Assembly (NCBI GenBank): GCA_963663385.2 | Contig: CAXXXD010000004.1 | Span: 160,001-224,000, forward strand | DNA length: 64,000 nucleotides | Origin: Oceanispirochaeta sp. | GTDB taxonomy: Bacteria; Spirochaetota; Spirochaetia; DSM-2461 | Reading direction: 5' to 3' | Shown: positions 1 through 9,813 of the stretch, one piece after another | Layout of the letters: the number at the start of each line of letters is the position of its first letter | Position numbering within the stretch: the stretch's first letter is position 1 | Program-made: the position numbers and the translations under genes | Notes under the pieces: model-generated | Database searches by the model: none | What the model was told of the DNA's origin: nothing | What the model saw: the letters and a program-made list of their open reading frames with translations, nothing else

Positions 1-588
1 TTCTATTCTTTCTGCCAGATTCTGCATGATGTCGATGTAATTATCGGTAATTGAATCCAGAAGAGAGTATGCCAGATATATTGTATTCTCTTTCCGGACT
101 TTACCAAGGTTCTCATGAAGCCGTTTCCTTACTGAATCAAACACATCGCCCGGATGTTCCTGGAAGGTCAGTAATACGTGACTGCCGGCAATCATGCCGA
201 TCTGCTCCGATTGTACGAGTTCCTTACCTGCATTATAGTTAAGCATCTTTATCGAAAGGAAGAATCCTCCGGGAAGTTCTTCGGCTTTGGGTCTTAGAGT
301 TGTGTTCAGGATGTCCGCCATGGTGAGCTGGGGAATAGAAAAAAGATCTCTTATCCCCGAAAGCTTCTCAATATCTTCCAACCCATCGCAGTTGATCCAT
401 CTATTGAGGGGCGTGTCGGTATCCAGTGTCCGTTGAGGTAATCCGGCGACCCTTAGTTCTTCAATCGAATCTCCGGAATAGAGAATTTCATGTATCTCGG
501 TATTTTTAAGAACTTTTGTTCCGATGTAAACCAATTCTCCTGGACGTCTCCCAAGGAGTTCTGATCTTTTTTTGAAAAAACGGGCCAT
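1..588 (-). CDS. corA: CorA-family Mg2+/Co2+ transporter, N-terminal part (runs off window edge)
   Basis: Not in the ORF track; translated by hand from ATG 588 (AGGAG RBS upstream): MARFFKKRSELLGRRPGELVYIG...WINCDGLED...ADILNTTLRPKAE...SEQIGMI...LLTFQEHPGDVFDSVRKRL...YLAYSLLDSITDNY, a typical CorA cytoplasmic domain; frame open to position 1. Confidence 0.9.
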   Translation of the reverse strand, partial: MARFFKKRSELLGRRPGELVYIGTKVLKNTEIHEILYSGDSIEELRVAGLPQRTLDTDTPLNRWINCDGLEDIEKLSGIRDLFSIPQLTMADILNTTLRPKAEELPGGFFLSIKMLNYNAGKELVQSEQIGMIAGSHVLLTFQEHPGDVFDSVRKRLHENLGKVRKENTIYLAYSLLDSITDNYIDIMQNLAERIE

Positions 589-647
589 AGGCTGCTCCTG
601 AATAATTATAGTGTCAAGTTTGAAATACCTTTTACATATACAGTATA

Positions 648-1421
648 ATGCAATTATTATTAAATGGTGAGGTTGCAGCAATGGGAAGGATTCCGATCCC
701 CTGGGGACAACTGGACATCAGGGATAAAAAAGAGATTGATTTACCATTTGAACAGAAAGTTTCTCTGCAGAGGCTGGAAGATGAAGTGATTGTGACAAAA
801 GCCCTGCATTCCGAGAATACAACGTATCGTTTTATTGTCGGAAAGAACAATCATATCTATCTTCAGCCCAGCCTCCCCGATTTGCCGATTACGATTAAAC
901 CGGAACAGATCACATCAATACTGCCGGGATGCAGGATGGAGGTCTTTATCGAGGTTCCCCTTCTGCTTTCTGTATACTACGGGACTAACTCCAGAAAGGA
1001 ACTATTAATGGAATTCCCGCTAGAGCCGTTATCCCGAAGCTTCTTTGGAAGCCCCGACAATGGCGAGATCTCCTACTTTCTGGAGAGCCCGCTATTGTGC
1101 GAATATGAAGCCTATGAGAATAAGGATTCCAGTATATACTGCCCTGTTGCTATCACCAATAAGTCACTGCAGAAACTGGATGTAGAACGCATGATTGTGA
1201 GAGTTCCTCTCCTGTCAATCTTTTCCTGCAAGGATTCTCTGCTTAGCAGTCCTGTTTCTATTGTATTCAGGGGAGCTGATATGGTCAGCCAGATCAGTTA
1301 TTTAAAATACGGCAGTGAAAAAAAGCAGCAGGTAGTTCCGGTTGCACCACCCCGGCAGAATGATGATAAAAGTCTTATAAAAAAGAGCTTTTATTTCTTC
1401 AAAACTCTATATACAGGATAA
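648..1421 (+). CDS. DUF432-like hypothetical protein
   Basis: 257-aa ORF with P-x-LPD-P, SFFGSPDNGEISY and CPVAITN segments resembling DUF432; 3 bp upstream of mscS. Confidence 0.6.
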   Translation: MQLLLNGEVAAMGRIPIPWGQLDIRDKKEIDLPFEQKVSLQRLEDEVIVTKALHSENTTYRFIVGKNNHIYLQPSLPDLPITIKPEQITSILPGCRMEVFIEVPLLLSVYYGTNSRKELLMEFPLEPLSRSFFGSPDNGEISYFLESPLLCEYEAYENKDSSIYCPVAITNKSLQKLDVERMIVRVPLLSIFSCKDSLLSSPVSIVFRGADMVSQISYLKYGSEKKQQVVPVAPPRQNDDKSLIKKSFYFFKTLYTG

Positions 1422-1424
1422 ACT

Positions 1425-2255
1425 ATGCCGATTTTGAATTTTCAGGCTGTTGCAACGCTATTTGAGAATTTCCAGTTCCGGAAGGTTCTGGAGGTCTTTC
1501 TTATTCTCTTTTCCGGCTGGATAATTATCAGAGTTATCCTGCTTCTGGTCATAAGAGTCTTCATGAAGAACTCAGGTGTCCAGAATCAGATGCTGATAAG
1601 AAAATTTATTAATTATACAGGATTCGGAATCATCCTTATAATCGTGCTTGCGGAACTGGGAATAAAACTCGGCGCTCTACTGGGTGCTGCGGGAATAATG
1701 GGTATTGCAATTGGTGTGGCGTCACAGAAGAGTCTTGGAAATATTATCAGCGGGTTCTTTATGGTGGCGGAAAAAAGCTTTGAAATCGGGGATGTTATAA
1801 AGGTCGGTGATAAAATCGGTGTGGTTTATTCGATAGAGCTGCTCTCTATCATGTTAAAGACCTTTGATAACCTCCTTATCCGGATTCCCCATGAGACACT
1901 GATTTCATCGGATGTTATAAATATTACCAGATTTCCCATAAGACGAATGGATCTGTTTATTACTGTCTCCTACGATCAGGATATTGATTCTGTTATGAGG
2001 GAACTGGAGCAGGCTTACAGGAAGAATGTATTTTGTCTGGATGAACCTAAGCCATTCCTGCTGGTGAAGGATTTTCAGGATTCAGGCATCATGATCCAGT
2101 TTGGTGTCTGGTTTGAAAAAGACTGCTATGTTCAGGTTCGGAATTCGATCATGTCAGATATTCTGAAAACCTTCAGAAATGCCGGGATTACCATTCCCTA
2201 CCCCCATGTTGAAATCGTATACGATCAGAATAAAGAATATAATTTTACTGAGTGA
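1425..2255 (+). CDS. mscS: Small-conductance mechanosensitive channel (MscS family)
   Basis: LGAAGIMGIAIGVASQKSLGNIISG TM3 motif, FEIGDVIKVG, GITIPYP C-terminus. Confidence 0.93.
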   Translation: MPILNFQAVATLFENFQFRKVLEVFLILFSGWIIIRVILLLVIRVFMKNSGVQNQMLIRKFINYTGFGIILIIVLAELGIKLGALLGAAGIMGIAIGVASQKSLGNIISGFFMVAEKSFEIGDVIKVGDKIGVVYSIELLSIMLKTFDNLLIRIPHETLISSDVINITRFPIRRMDLFITVSYDQDIDSVMRELEQAYRKNVFCLDEPKPFLLVKDFQDSGIMIQFGVWFEKDCYVQVRNSIMSDILKTFRNAGITIPYPHVEIVYDQNKEYNFTE

Positions 2256-2392
2256 TGAAGAAAGAATGAAGGTGTTTGTCCTCTCCTGTCTTTAGGCTCC
2301 TCCGGTTTGACAGAGCCAGCGGGGCTACTTATAATTATTATATCAGAAATTATAAAGCCGATACTGTTGAATTGAGATTAAGGAAACTTAAG

Positions 2393-3499
2393 ATGTATAA
2401 GAAGCTTATTGCTTTGGGACTAGTGGTCAGTCTCTGTATTGTATCCCTTATTCTTATTATTTACAGGCCTGCAAAAATCGGGATTATCCTTTCGAACGAA
2501 ACCACTATGGGGTACGAGGAAAATCTGGCTATCAAGTATTATCAGTCCAGATACCCGCGTGCAGGAAAATATCCTCTCAGATTCTATATTGAAACCCCTG
2601 CTGCTCTGGAGGAAGATCTCTACCGGGAGGCTTATTATAAGCTGAAAGACCAAGGGGTTTCCATCATTCTTAGTGGTGAACTCAGCCAGACCGCCATGTT
2701 TGTTGCTCCACTGGCAGAAGAGACGGGGATCCCCACTTTCGGGATCACCTCATCCAGCCATGAATTGAGCGGGAAAGCCGACAATTTTTACCGTATCGTA
2801 ACTCCTACGGATGATATCGGTAGCTACATGGGTGAATATGTAAGCAGTCTGGATTTTAAGAAAGTTGCAATGATCACTTCTGTAGAAAATGCGATCTATG
2901 CTGACGCATTTGCCAGCAGTTTTACCCAAACGTTTTCGGGTATTACCAGACATATCCCATTTAATAATTATCAGAGAGTTATGGACGAGATCGAGTTATT
3001 CAATCCCGAGGCTGTGTTCTGCGTTCTTCCTGTAACTACTCTGATGCAGATCATTAAAGGGATTCGGAAGGAGTATGGGGATAAAGAAATTTTTTCATCC
3101 GACTGGGGCTTTATGCAGCTGATTTCTGTTTTTTCCGGTCCCCAGCTGAATGGTATCACAGCGCTATATCATTCGGGAGAAATCCCTGAACAGTATCGGG
3201 ATATTATACGGGAATTTGAGGAGCTTTACAGCATTGAGTCAACTTATAGTTCTCATAACACAATATCCATACTGAATATGATTCTGAATGCGATAAGAGA
3301 AGTCGGTCCTGACTCTGCGAAAATCATTAAATATTTTAATGAACCACGATATTATGATTCTCTGATGGGATCATTGTATATGGATGAATATGGTGATTCG
3401 AATCTGCAATACCACTATGTCTATCAGATTATGGATGATAAACTGGAATTGAGAAGAAAAATAGAAGACAGGGAGTATCGTAGACATCTTGAAAAATGA
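2393..3499 (+). CDS. Membrane-anchored type I periplasmic binding protein (LIV-BP-like)
   Basis: Start placed at ATG 2393 (MYKKLIALG) after AAGGAA; one N-terminal TM; SSSHELSGKADNFYRIV motif; overlaps the kinase gene by 11 bp. Confidence 0.75.
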   Translation: MYKKLIALGLVVSLCIVSLILIIYRPAKIGIILSNETTMGYEENLAIKYYQSRYPRAGKYPLRFYIETPAALEEDLYREAYYKLKDQGVSIILSGELSQTAMFVAPLAEETGIPTFGITSSSHELSGKADNFYRIVTPTDDIGSYMGEYVSSLDFKKVAMITSVENAIYADAFASSFTQTFSGITRHIPFNNYQRVMDEIELFNPEAVFCVLPVTTLMQIIKGIRKEYGDKEIFSSDWGFMQLISVFSGPQLNGITALYHSGEIPEQYRDIIREFEELYSIESTYSSHNTISILNMILNAIREVGPDSAKIIKYFNEPRYYDSLMGSLYMDEYGDSNLQYHYVYQIMDDKLELRRKIEDREYRRHLEK

Positions 3500-6014
3500 T
3501 TCATTTCAGATTAAGTTGCTTAACCATTCCCTTTCCATCCTTCTGAAACGATCCTGGATAACAATGCTTTTCATCACTTTTTTTCTCTTGACCATGATCG
3601 CCCATGTGACAGTCCGTTCTCTGATTCAGCAACGTGAAATATGGCTATCTCAATTTGAAATGAAGATTCAGGAGATTGAAGATCGGTTACATGGTGATAT
3701 TGAACCAATGTCCAATCATCCTTACCGGTCTGCTTTGGTTCTGGATAGATCTGGTAATGTAATCCGGGCCGATCCATTGGCTTTGGAAGGGATTAATATC
3801 AAAAGCAGTATTGTCTTTAAAAGGATAAATACTCTGGGAAAATATAATATTCTGATCCTTGTATTTCCGGATCTTCATGATGGAAAGAATTCAATATACT
3901 TTGTAAAAAAATCAGGTGAAGAGTATTCAGTTCGCACCTATCTCCCGGAATCCTTTTTCCCGGGGATCCCTGAAGATGTAATCCTGCAGATAAAAAGCGG
4001 AGATCTTGTTCTCTACTCCTCCCAGGCAAATCAGACAGGACAGATCTCGTCCTCTTCTCTAATCAGTCTGCAGTCCCGGCGGTTTTATATTGTCAGCGAC
4101 AAACAGCTGAACAACTCCGATAATCTGAATCTTGTTATCTTACTGGATATAACAGGCTCCTTTTATTCCGTTCTACTCCTCATCCCGTTTCTGATTGTCT
4201 TGATTTATCTGTTTATCCGTTCTTCCCGCAGAATCCGGAAGGAACTTAAAACTCTCGACGAAGAGCAATCCGATTTGACCCGTTTAATCGAAAACCTATC
4301 TCACAAATCACTTACCGAAACTTTTGATCTTACCTCCCGTCTGGAAGGGCTTATAGATTCATTCCGGGAACTAAAGGATCGGATTGGACAGAAGACATTC
4401 CTCTTCAGTGAGCACAGGGAGTACCTTTCCATTCTGTCTTCATTTATTGAGGATATTTTTCTGCTCCTGGAAAAAGTCAGTATGGATTCCTATTCTCTCA
4501 AACGGATGGAATCCTATCTCTCAAACGTGATAAACTCTATGCCTTCCCTTATCTTTGCTCTGGATCCCCAGTGGAGGGTAACTCAATGGAATCAGGAGGC
4601 TGTCAATCGCACTCAAATCCTAAGGGAACAGGCGTTGGGATGTCCTCTGGAGCAGATTCTTCCCCGCTTAATACCGCTGAAAGACTTGATGGAAAAAGCC
4701 CTTTCTTCCGGAGAAATACAATCTCTTTCCCATCAGAGACACAGCAGTGAAAAAGGGATATGCTATGAAAATATCACAATCTTTCCTTTAACGGCCAATG
4801 GTGCTCAAGGCGTAGTTATCCGAATCGACGATGTAACGGAAAATGTTAAACTTCAGGAAAATCTGATGCATAGCCAGAAAATGGATGCTATCGGTCAGTT
4901 AGCGGGAGGGATTGCTCATGATTTTAATAATATGCTAGGCGGTATTATTGGGGCTATGGAGTATATTCGGCCTTACTGTCCAACAGAAGGAGATGTTCCC
5001 GAGTTTATCGATCTCATTTTTGAAGCTACAAAGCGAGCATCCGATCTTGCCAAAGATCTATTGGCTTTTTCCAGAAAAAAACCGGTCAGTTCCACTTCGG
5101 TAAACATACATTACGTGATTCAGAGTTCTCTGGCTATCCTGGAAAAAACGCTGGATAAACGGATTACCATCAAATCCAATCTGCAGGCTGAGAGATGCTG
5201 GATAATCGGTGATGATTCGCAACTGCAGAATATATTTATGAATCTGGGAATTAATGCCTCTCATGCCATGCCAGATGGAGGAGAGCTCACCTTTGCCTCT
5301 GAGAATGTGGATTTGACTCAGGTCGATTGTTCAGTCAGACCCTTTGATCTGAATCCGGGAGCATACATCAGTATTTATGTCCGGGATACCGGGACCGGAA
5401 TTCCAAAAGATCTTATCAGCAAGGTCTTTGAGCCTTTCTTTACCACTAAAGAACAAGGAAAAGGGACCGGTCTGGGATTGGCTGCGGTGTATGGAACGAT
5501 TCAGAGGCACAGGGGGTCTATTACCCTATACAGCGAGGAAAAGGTGGGAACCAGTTTTCATATTCTTCTCCCTCTTTCTGAAAACATGAACAATGAATCC
5601 CCTGAAACTGATTCTCCTATTCTAGAGGGGCAGGGGAATATCCTTCTTGTAGATGACGAAAAAATCATGCTGAATACCGGCAAAACCCTTTTGAAGGAGA
5701 TGGGATATCAGGTCACAACCGCTGCAAACGGTTCTGAGGCTCTGGATATTTTCAGCAGGGAAGATGCTGAATTCGATCTTGTTATTCTGGACATGATAAT
5801 GCCGGTAATGAATGGAAAGGATTGTTTTTTCAAGCTTCGGGAGAAAAACCCTTTAATTCCGGTGATAATTGCTTCCGGTTTTGCCCGGGAGGAGGAGTTG
5901 GATCTTTTAAAAAAATCTGGTTGTTCCGGTTTCATATCCAAGCCCTACCGATCTGTGGAACTCAGTAGGATCATATCCCACACTCTGAAGAATACAAAAC
6001 GAAGAGTTGAGTAG
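3489..6014 (+). CDS. Hybrid sensor histidine kinase (2 TM, PAS, HisKA, HATPase, receiver)
   Basis: H-box GGIAHDFNNML, NLGINA, DTGTGI, FEPFFTTK-GKGTGLGL; C-terminal receiver with LLVDDE and LDMIMP. Confidence 0.95.
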   Translation: MKNDSFQIKLLNHSLSILLKRSWITMLFITFFLLTMIAHVTVRSLIQQREIWLSQFEMKIQEIEDRLHGDIEPMSNHPYRSALVLDRSGNVIRADPLALEGINIKSSIVFKRINTLGKYNILILVFPDLHDGKNSIYFVKKSGEEYSVRTYLPESFFPGIPEDVILQIKSGDLVLYSSQANQTGQISSSSLISLQSRRFYIVSDKQLNNSDNLNLVILLDITGSFYSVLLLIPFLIVLIYLFIRSSRRIRKELKTLDEEQSDLTRLIENLSHKSLTETFDLTSRLEGLIDSFRELKDRIGQKTFLFSEHREYLSILSSFIEDIFLLLEKVSMDSYSLKRMESYLSNVINSMPSLIFALDPQWRVTQWNQEAVNRTQILREQALGCPLEQILPRLIPLKDLMEKALSSGEIQSLSHQRHSSEKGICYENITIFPLTANGAQGVVIRIDDVTENVKLQENLMHSQKMDAIGQLAGGIAHDFNNMLGGIIGAMEYIRPYCPTEGDVPEFIDLIFEATKRASDLAKDLLAFSRKKPVSSTSVNIHYVIQSSLAILEKTLDKRITIKSNLQAERCWIIGDDSQLQNIFMNLGINASHAMPDGGELTFASENVDLTQVDCSVRPFDLNPGAYISIYVRDTGTGIPKDLISKVFEPFFTTKEQGKGTGLGLAAVYGTIQRHRGSITLYSEEKVGTSFHILLPLSENMNNESPETDSPILEGQGNILLVDDEKIMLNTGKTLLKEMGYQVTTAANGSEALDIFSREDAEFDLVILDMIMPVMNGKDCFFKLREKNPLIPVIIASGFAREEELDLLKKSGCSGFISKPYRSVELSRIISHTLKNTKRRVE

Positions 6015-6134
6015 ATCCTGTCTGGATTATTGATTCCTGTTCTTAATCCTGACTGAAACCCTACTAAAAATAAACTTCTTGACGAATCTGTTTATCTATC
6101 TGAAAATTATTTTATATTCATAAGGAGGCTATTC

Positions 6135-7841
6135 ATGACTACTATTGTGTTAGCTGTAGGAATCGCCGTTTATATCATTCTTTATCTTACATATGGTAAG
6201 AAGCTTGAGAAGGATCTTGTTCAGGCTACGGATGATAATGACGCTCCGTCCAAGAGACTCTACGACGGTGTAGACTATGTACCAGCTAAAGCGCCGGTCC
6301 TCTTCGGACATCATTTCGCATCCATTGCAGGTGCCGCTCCCATCGTCGGTCCTGTGCTGGCCATGGCCTGGGGCTGGGTACCCGCCCTGCTGTGGGTCTG
6401 GTTCGGTAATATCTTTATCGGAGCAGTTCACGACTATCTGGCTTTGATGGCTTCGATCCGTTACGACGGCCGTTCCATCCAGTTCGTTGCATCCGATGTT
6501 ATTACCAAACGGACCGGACAGCTCTTTTACTGGCTGGTTTTCTTCCTGCTCATCCTGGTTATAGGAGCCTTCGGAGCCGTGCTGGGTGGTATGTTTATCG
6601 GTAATGGTTCCATTCCTACCGCTTACCTCCTTAAGCTGGTAGCCGCCCTTATTCTTGGTGTTCTGATGTACCGTGTCAAACTCAACTTTACCCTGTCTAC
6701 GGTTATCGGTATCGTTATGCTCGGTCTTGCCATCTGGCTGGGAAGCATTTTTCCCATTACAGCCAGTAAAAATGTCTGGTATCTCGTCATGTTTTTCTAC
6801 ATCATTATAGCTTCGGCCATTCCGGTCAATGTGCTGCTTCAGCCCCGGGACTACCTGAACAGCTGGCTGCTGTATTTCGGCCTGGTGATCGGCGCCCTGG
6901 CTGCGATCTTCAGTTTTCACGGTTTCACTGCGCCCGCTTTTACCTCTTTTGCTCCCATCCTCTCAGGTGGGAAACCCACTCCCTACTGGCCGGCTATTCC
7001 TCTGATCATTGCCTGCGGTTCCCTTTCCGGATTTCATGCCCTTGTAGGTTCCGGAACCAGCAGTAAACAGATTGAGAAAGAAAGCGACGCCCTGCCCATC
7101 GGTTACGGCGCGATGCTTACCGAAGGTTTTTTGTCTACCCTCGTTGTTGTCGCTGTAGCCGGATTCGGTCTTGATTTGATGAAGGGTGCGGGACAAACTA
7201 TCTCCGCCGCCGGCTGGGCTACCGAATATACTCCGGCCATGAGTGGCAGTTTCCCCAGTGCAGCCATGTTTACCAACTGCTACGCCGCTATGGTTGGATC
7301 CACCTGGCTTAGGTTTATTCCTACATCCATCGTTACTCTGATTGCCGGTATGTGGGTCTCTTCCTTCGCCATGACCACTCTGGATACGACGAACCGCCTC
7401 GGCCGTTATACCGTCGTGGAACTTGCTCTTCCCCTGAAGGAAAAAAACGAGGGACTGTACAAATTCTTAACCAACAGCTGGATCGCTTCGGTTATTCCTG
7501 CTGCTATCGGTATGTATCTGGCCTGGTCGGGAAGTTTCTCCGTACTGTGGCCCTCCTTCGGTTCGGCAAACCAGCTGATCGCTTCCATTGCGCTGCTGAC
7601 AGGAACTGCCTGGCTGGCCAAGAGGATGAAAGTGAAGAACGTCAATATGGCTCTGATCCCCGCCTATCTGCTCTGGATCACCGTTACTGCCGCCATTCTC
7701 TGGTTCAGTATCGTCGTTCTGCCTGGAACCATTAAAACCAACCCGAACACAGGAATCACTGTTCTGGTAATTGAAGTCATTATGTTGTTTATGAATTTCG
7801 TATTCATTATCGACTTCCTGAAATCGAAAAAAGAGGCCTGA
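6135..7841 (+). CDS. cstA: Carbon starvation protein A (CstA-family transporter)
   Basis: DGVDYVP, LFGHHFASIAGAAPIVGP, LLQPRDY, IACGSLSGFHAL, TTLDTTNRLGR, WPSFGSANQL; AAGGAGG RBS. Confidence 0.95.
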   Translation: MTTIVLAVGIAVYIILYLTYGKKLEKDLVQATDDNDAPSKRLYDGVDYVPAKAPVLFGHHFASIAGAAPIVGPVLAMAWGWVPALLWVWFGNIFIGAVHDYLALMASIRYDGRSIQFVASDVITKRTGQLFYWLVFFLLILVIGAFGAVLGGMFIGNGSIPTAYLLKLVAALILGVLMYRVKLNFTLSTVIGIVMLGLAIWLGSIFPITASKNVWYLVMFFYIIIASAIPVNVLLQPRDYLNSWLLYFGLVIGALAAIFSFHGFTAPAFTSFAPILSGGKPTPYWPAIPLIIACGSLSGFHALVGSGTSSKQIEKESDALPIGYGAMLTEGFLSTLVVVAVAGFGLDLMKGAGQTISAAGWATEYTPAMSGSFPSAAMFTNCYAAMVGSTWLRFIPTSIVTLIAGMWVSSFAMTTLDTTNRLGRYTVVELALPLKEKNEGLYKFLTNSWIASVIPAAIGMYLAWSGSFSVLWPSFGSANQLIASIALLTGTAWLAKRMKVKNVNMALIPAYLLWITVTAAILWFSIVVLPGTIKTNPNTGITVLVIEVIMLFMNFVFIIDFLKSKKEA

Positions 7842-7842
7842 T

Positions 7843-8148
7843 TTGGCTGAGGGAGAAAAAGGGCCGGAAAGGCTTAATCTGCTGAAAGGTCTGAAGGCTG
7901 TTTTCTCCACTCTGGATGAAAGTCATAGGAAGCAGGTGACCGATGTTACCGAGTTTGAGATAAGAGAACTGGAAAACCTCTTTATCCTGCTTCTGATGGG
8001 TTCTTTTTCCGGAATGCCGTCTCCGCCGTCATTTATTTCGGCGGAGCTGCTGCCCCATCTGGAACATGAAATCAATGTTCTGAATTCCCGGGCCATGCGG
8101 TCTTCCGATTCCTTTGCGGAAATTATATCTGTCCTCGATATTGACTGA
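7843..8148 (+). CDS. Small CstA/ArsA-associated protein (resembles cory-CC-star-type proteins)
   Basis: Starts 1 bp after the cstA stop; E-LENLFILLLMGSFSGMPSPP-ELLPHL motif resembles the small proteins found between cstA and arsA. Confidence 0.65.
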   Translation: MAEGEKGPERLNLLKGLKAVFSTLDESHRKQVTDVTEFEIRELENLFILLLMGSFSGMPSPPSFISAELLPHLEHEINVLNSRAMRSSDSFAEIISVLDID

Positions 8149-8160
8149 AAGCGGAGTACT

Positions 8161-9081
8161 ATGAAGACACTTTTTTTTACCGGTAAGGGTGGTGTGGGAA
8201 AGTCTACTTTGAGCGCGGCTGCCTCCTGGCAGCTGGCTGAGAAGGGGATGCGGGTTCTGACCGTATCCTTTGATCCCGCCCATAATCTGGGTGATATTTT
8301 TCATGTAAACCTGGGGCACAGGAAAAAACGTTTTAAAAAAACAAATCTGTATCTTCAGGAGACCGATCTTGAAAAATCGGCTCAGGAATATCTGGATCAC
8401 AGCATGGACCTGATGAAAGAAGTCTACAGTTATGCCAGGGCTTTCAATATGGAACGTTACTTCAAGGTGCTGAAGTATTCCCCGGGAGTCGAAGAGTATG
8501 CTGCCCTTACCAGTCTGGAGACTATCCTCAGGAAGGAAAAGGATAATTTTGATTACATCGTATTCGATACCCCTCCTACCGGCCTTACCCTGAGAATCCT
8601 TGCCCTGCCTGCCATCACGATCAACTGGATCGACCGGTTGACAGGTATCCGCAGGGAGATTCTGGACAAGCGCCATACAGTGCATAATATCACTGGAAAA
8701 TTCAATGAAACCCAGTTGAAAATTCCCTATAAAGAGGAGGACGACCCGGTAATGAAAAAGCTTCTTGAAATGCGTAGCCGGTATCAGGTAGTGCAGGAGC
8801 TTCTTCAAAGCGGTGATAACAGTATCGGCGTGGTGTTTAATCCCGATCTTTTAAGTCTGCGTGAATCTGAAAGGCTCTTCAAAGGTCTTCTGGAACTGGG
8901 TCTCCCTCTGCGTGTTGTTTTTAACAACAAGGTTGGGAAAAATAATGAGAAACTGGCAGACCGGGTAGAAAAAGAACTTCTCACCGGTCATAAGGCAATA
9001 GCTTTGCAGAGGGTTCCTGTTGTCGACTCTGAAGAACCGACCTGCTATATTATGGATAGCGATATAATCCAATACCTGTAA
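8161..9081 (+). CDS. Single-domain ArsA/GET3-family ATPase
   Basis: Deviant Walker A GKGGVGKS, switch I SFDPAHNL, PGVEE, switch II DTPPTG, NK motif. Confidence 0.9.
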   Translation: MKTLFFTGKGGVGKSTLSAAASWQLAEKGMRVLTVSFDPAHNLGDIFHVNLGHRKKRFKKTNLYLQETDLEKSAQEYLDHSMDLMKEVYSYARAFNMERYFKVLKYSPGVEEYAALTSLETILRKEKDNFDYIVFDTPPTGLTLRILALPAITINWIDRLTGIRREILDKRHTVHNITGKFNETQLKIPYKEEDDPVMKKLLEMRSRYQVVQELLQSGDNSIGVVFNPDLLSLRESERLFKGLLELGLPLRVVFNNKVGKNNEKLADRVEKELLTGHKAIALQRVPVVDSEEPTCYIMDSDIIQYL

Positions 9082-9091
9082 GGAACATTAC

Positions 9092-9784
9092 ATGCTCAAT
9101 TCTGATATAACCCAGCAGCCCCTATTTTATCTTTTTATTGCTGTAACGATTTTACTCTCTCTTGGCTATACCTGGGGAAGACGGCGCAATATGAGAATTT
9201 ACCTCAGTGCTTTTAATGCTCTTGTGGACGCTCTGAAACCCAGGGATCAGAATTTCACAAATATCGGAGGACTGACAGGTTATCATGCCAATATCGTTCC
9301 CCATAAAAACAGATTCGTTCATCATGTGGAGGCAACCATTACCCTGCTGCCCCGGCAGTCCTGGCTCTATTATCCCTTTTCTAAAATAGTCCGCCGTTTT
9401 GATCGTCTGTTTGTTACCATGATCTATTCAAAAAAGGCGGAGAACCTTACAGCCGAGGGACATCTTATCGAAGAAAGGTTCGCCTCCTTCCGTGGGCCGA
9501 AGATCAGTAATGCGGAGAAACTGGAACAGGAGGAACTCCGCTGGGGTAAATTCGGTTTCCATCTCTACTATGAGAATGATGATGTGAGAAAGGAGCTGAT
9601 AGGATTAACAGAACACCTGGATGATCCGGGAGTGGTTCGTCATATTGCCCTGATGCCCGGTCAGGCCCATTTTTTTATGATTCCCAAAAGAGGGGAGGTG
9701 ACCAGAGTTTTTCCGATATTATCCCGCTGGCTGATGAAGTCTCTGGAACAGCGGTACGGGGCCGGAACCGTTAAACAGGGGTAG
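9092..9784 (+). CDS. Hypothetical protein with N-terminal membrane anchor (last gene of the cstA operon)
   Basis: 230 aa, one N-terminal TM followed by GRRRN; 10 bp after the ATPase stop with AAGGA RBS. Confidence 0.7.
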   Translation: MLNSDITQQPLFYLFIAVTILLSLGYTWGRRRNMRIYLSAFNALVDALKPRDQNFTNIGGLTGYHANIVPHKNRFVHHVEATITLLPRQSWLYYPFSKIVRRFDRLFVTMIYSKKAENLTAEGHLIEERFASFRGPKISNAEKLEQEELRWGKFGFHLYYENDDVRKELIGLTEHLDDPGVVRHIALMPGQAHFFMIPKRGEVTRVFPILSRWLMKSLEQRYGAGTVKQG

Positions 9785-9813
9785 TTGAACTTTCCGGAGG
9801 CATCTGTCCGCAT

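Noticed and set aside
51..242. 63-aa plus-strand ORF
   Set aside because: Antisense to the corA reading frame
8161..9081. Arsenic-resistance operon linking the ArsA-like gene and arsC
   Set aside because: The genes are 47 kb apart, there is no arsR, arsB, acr3 or arsD, and the ATPase lacks Cys ligands
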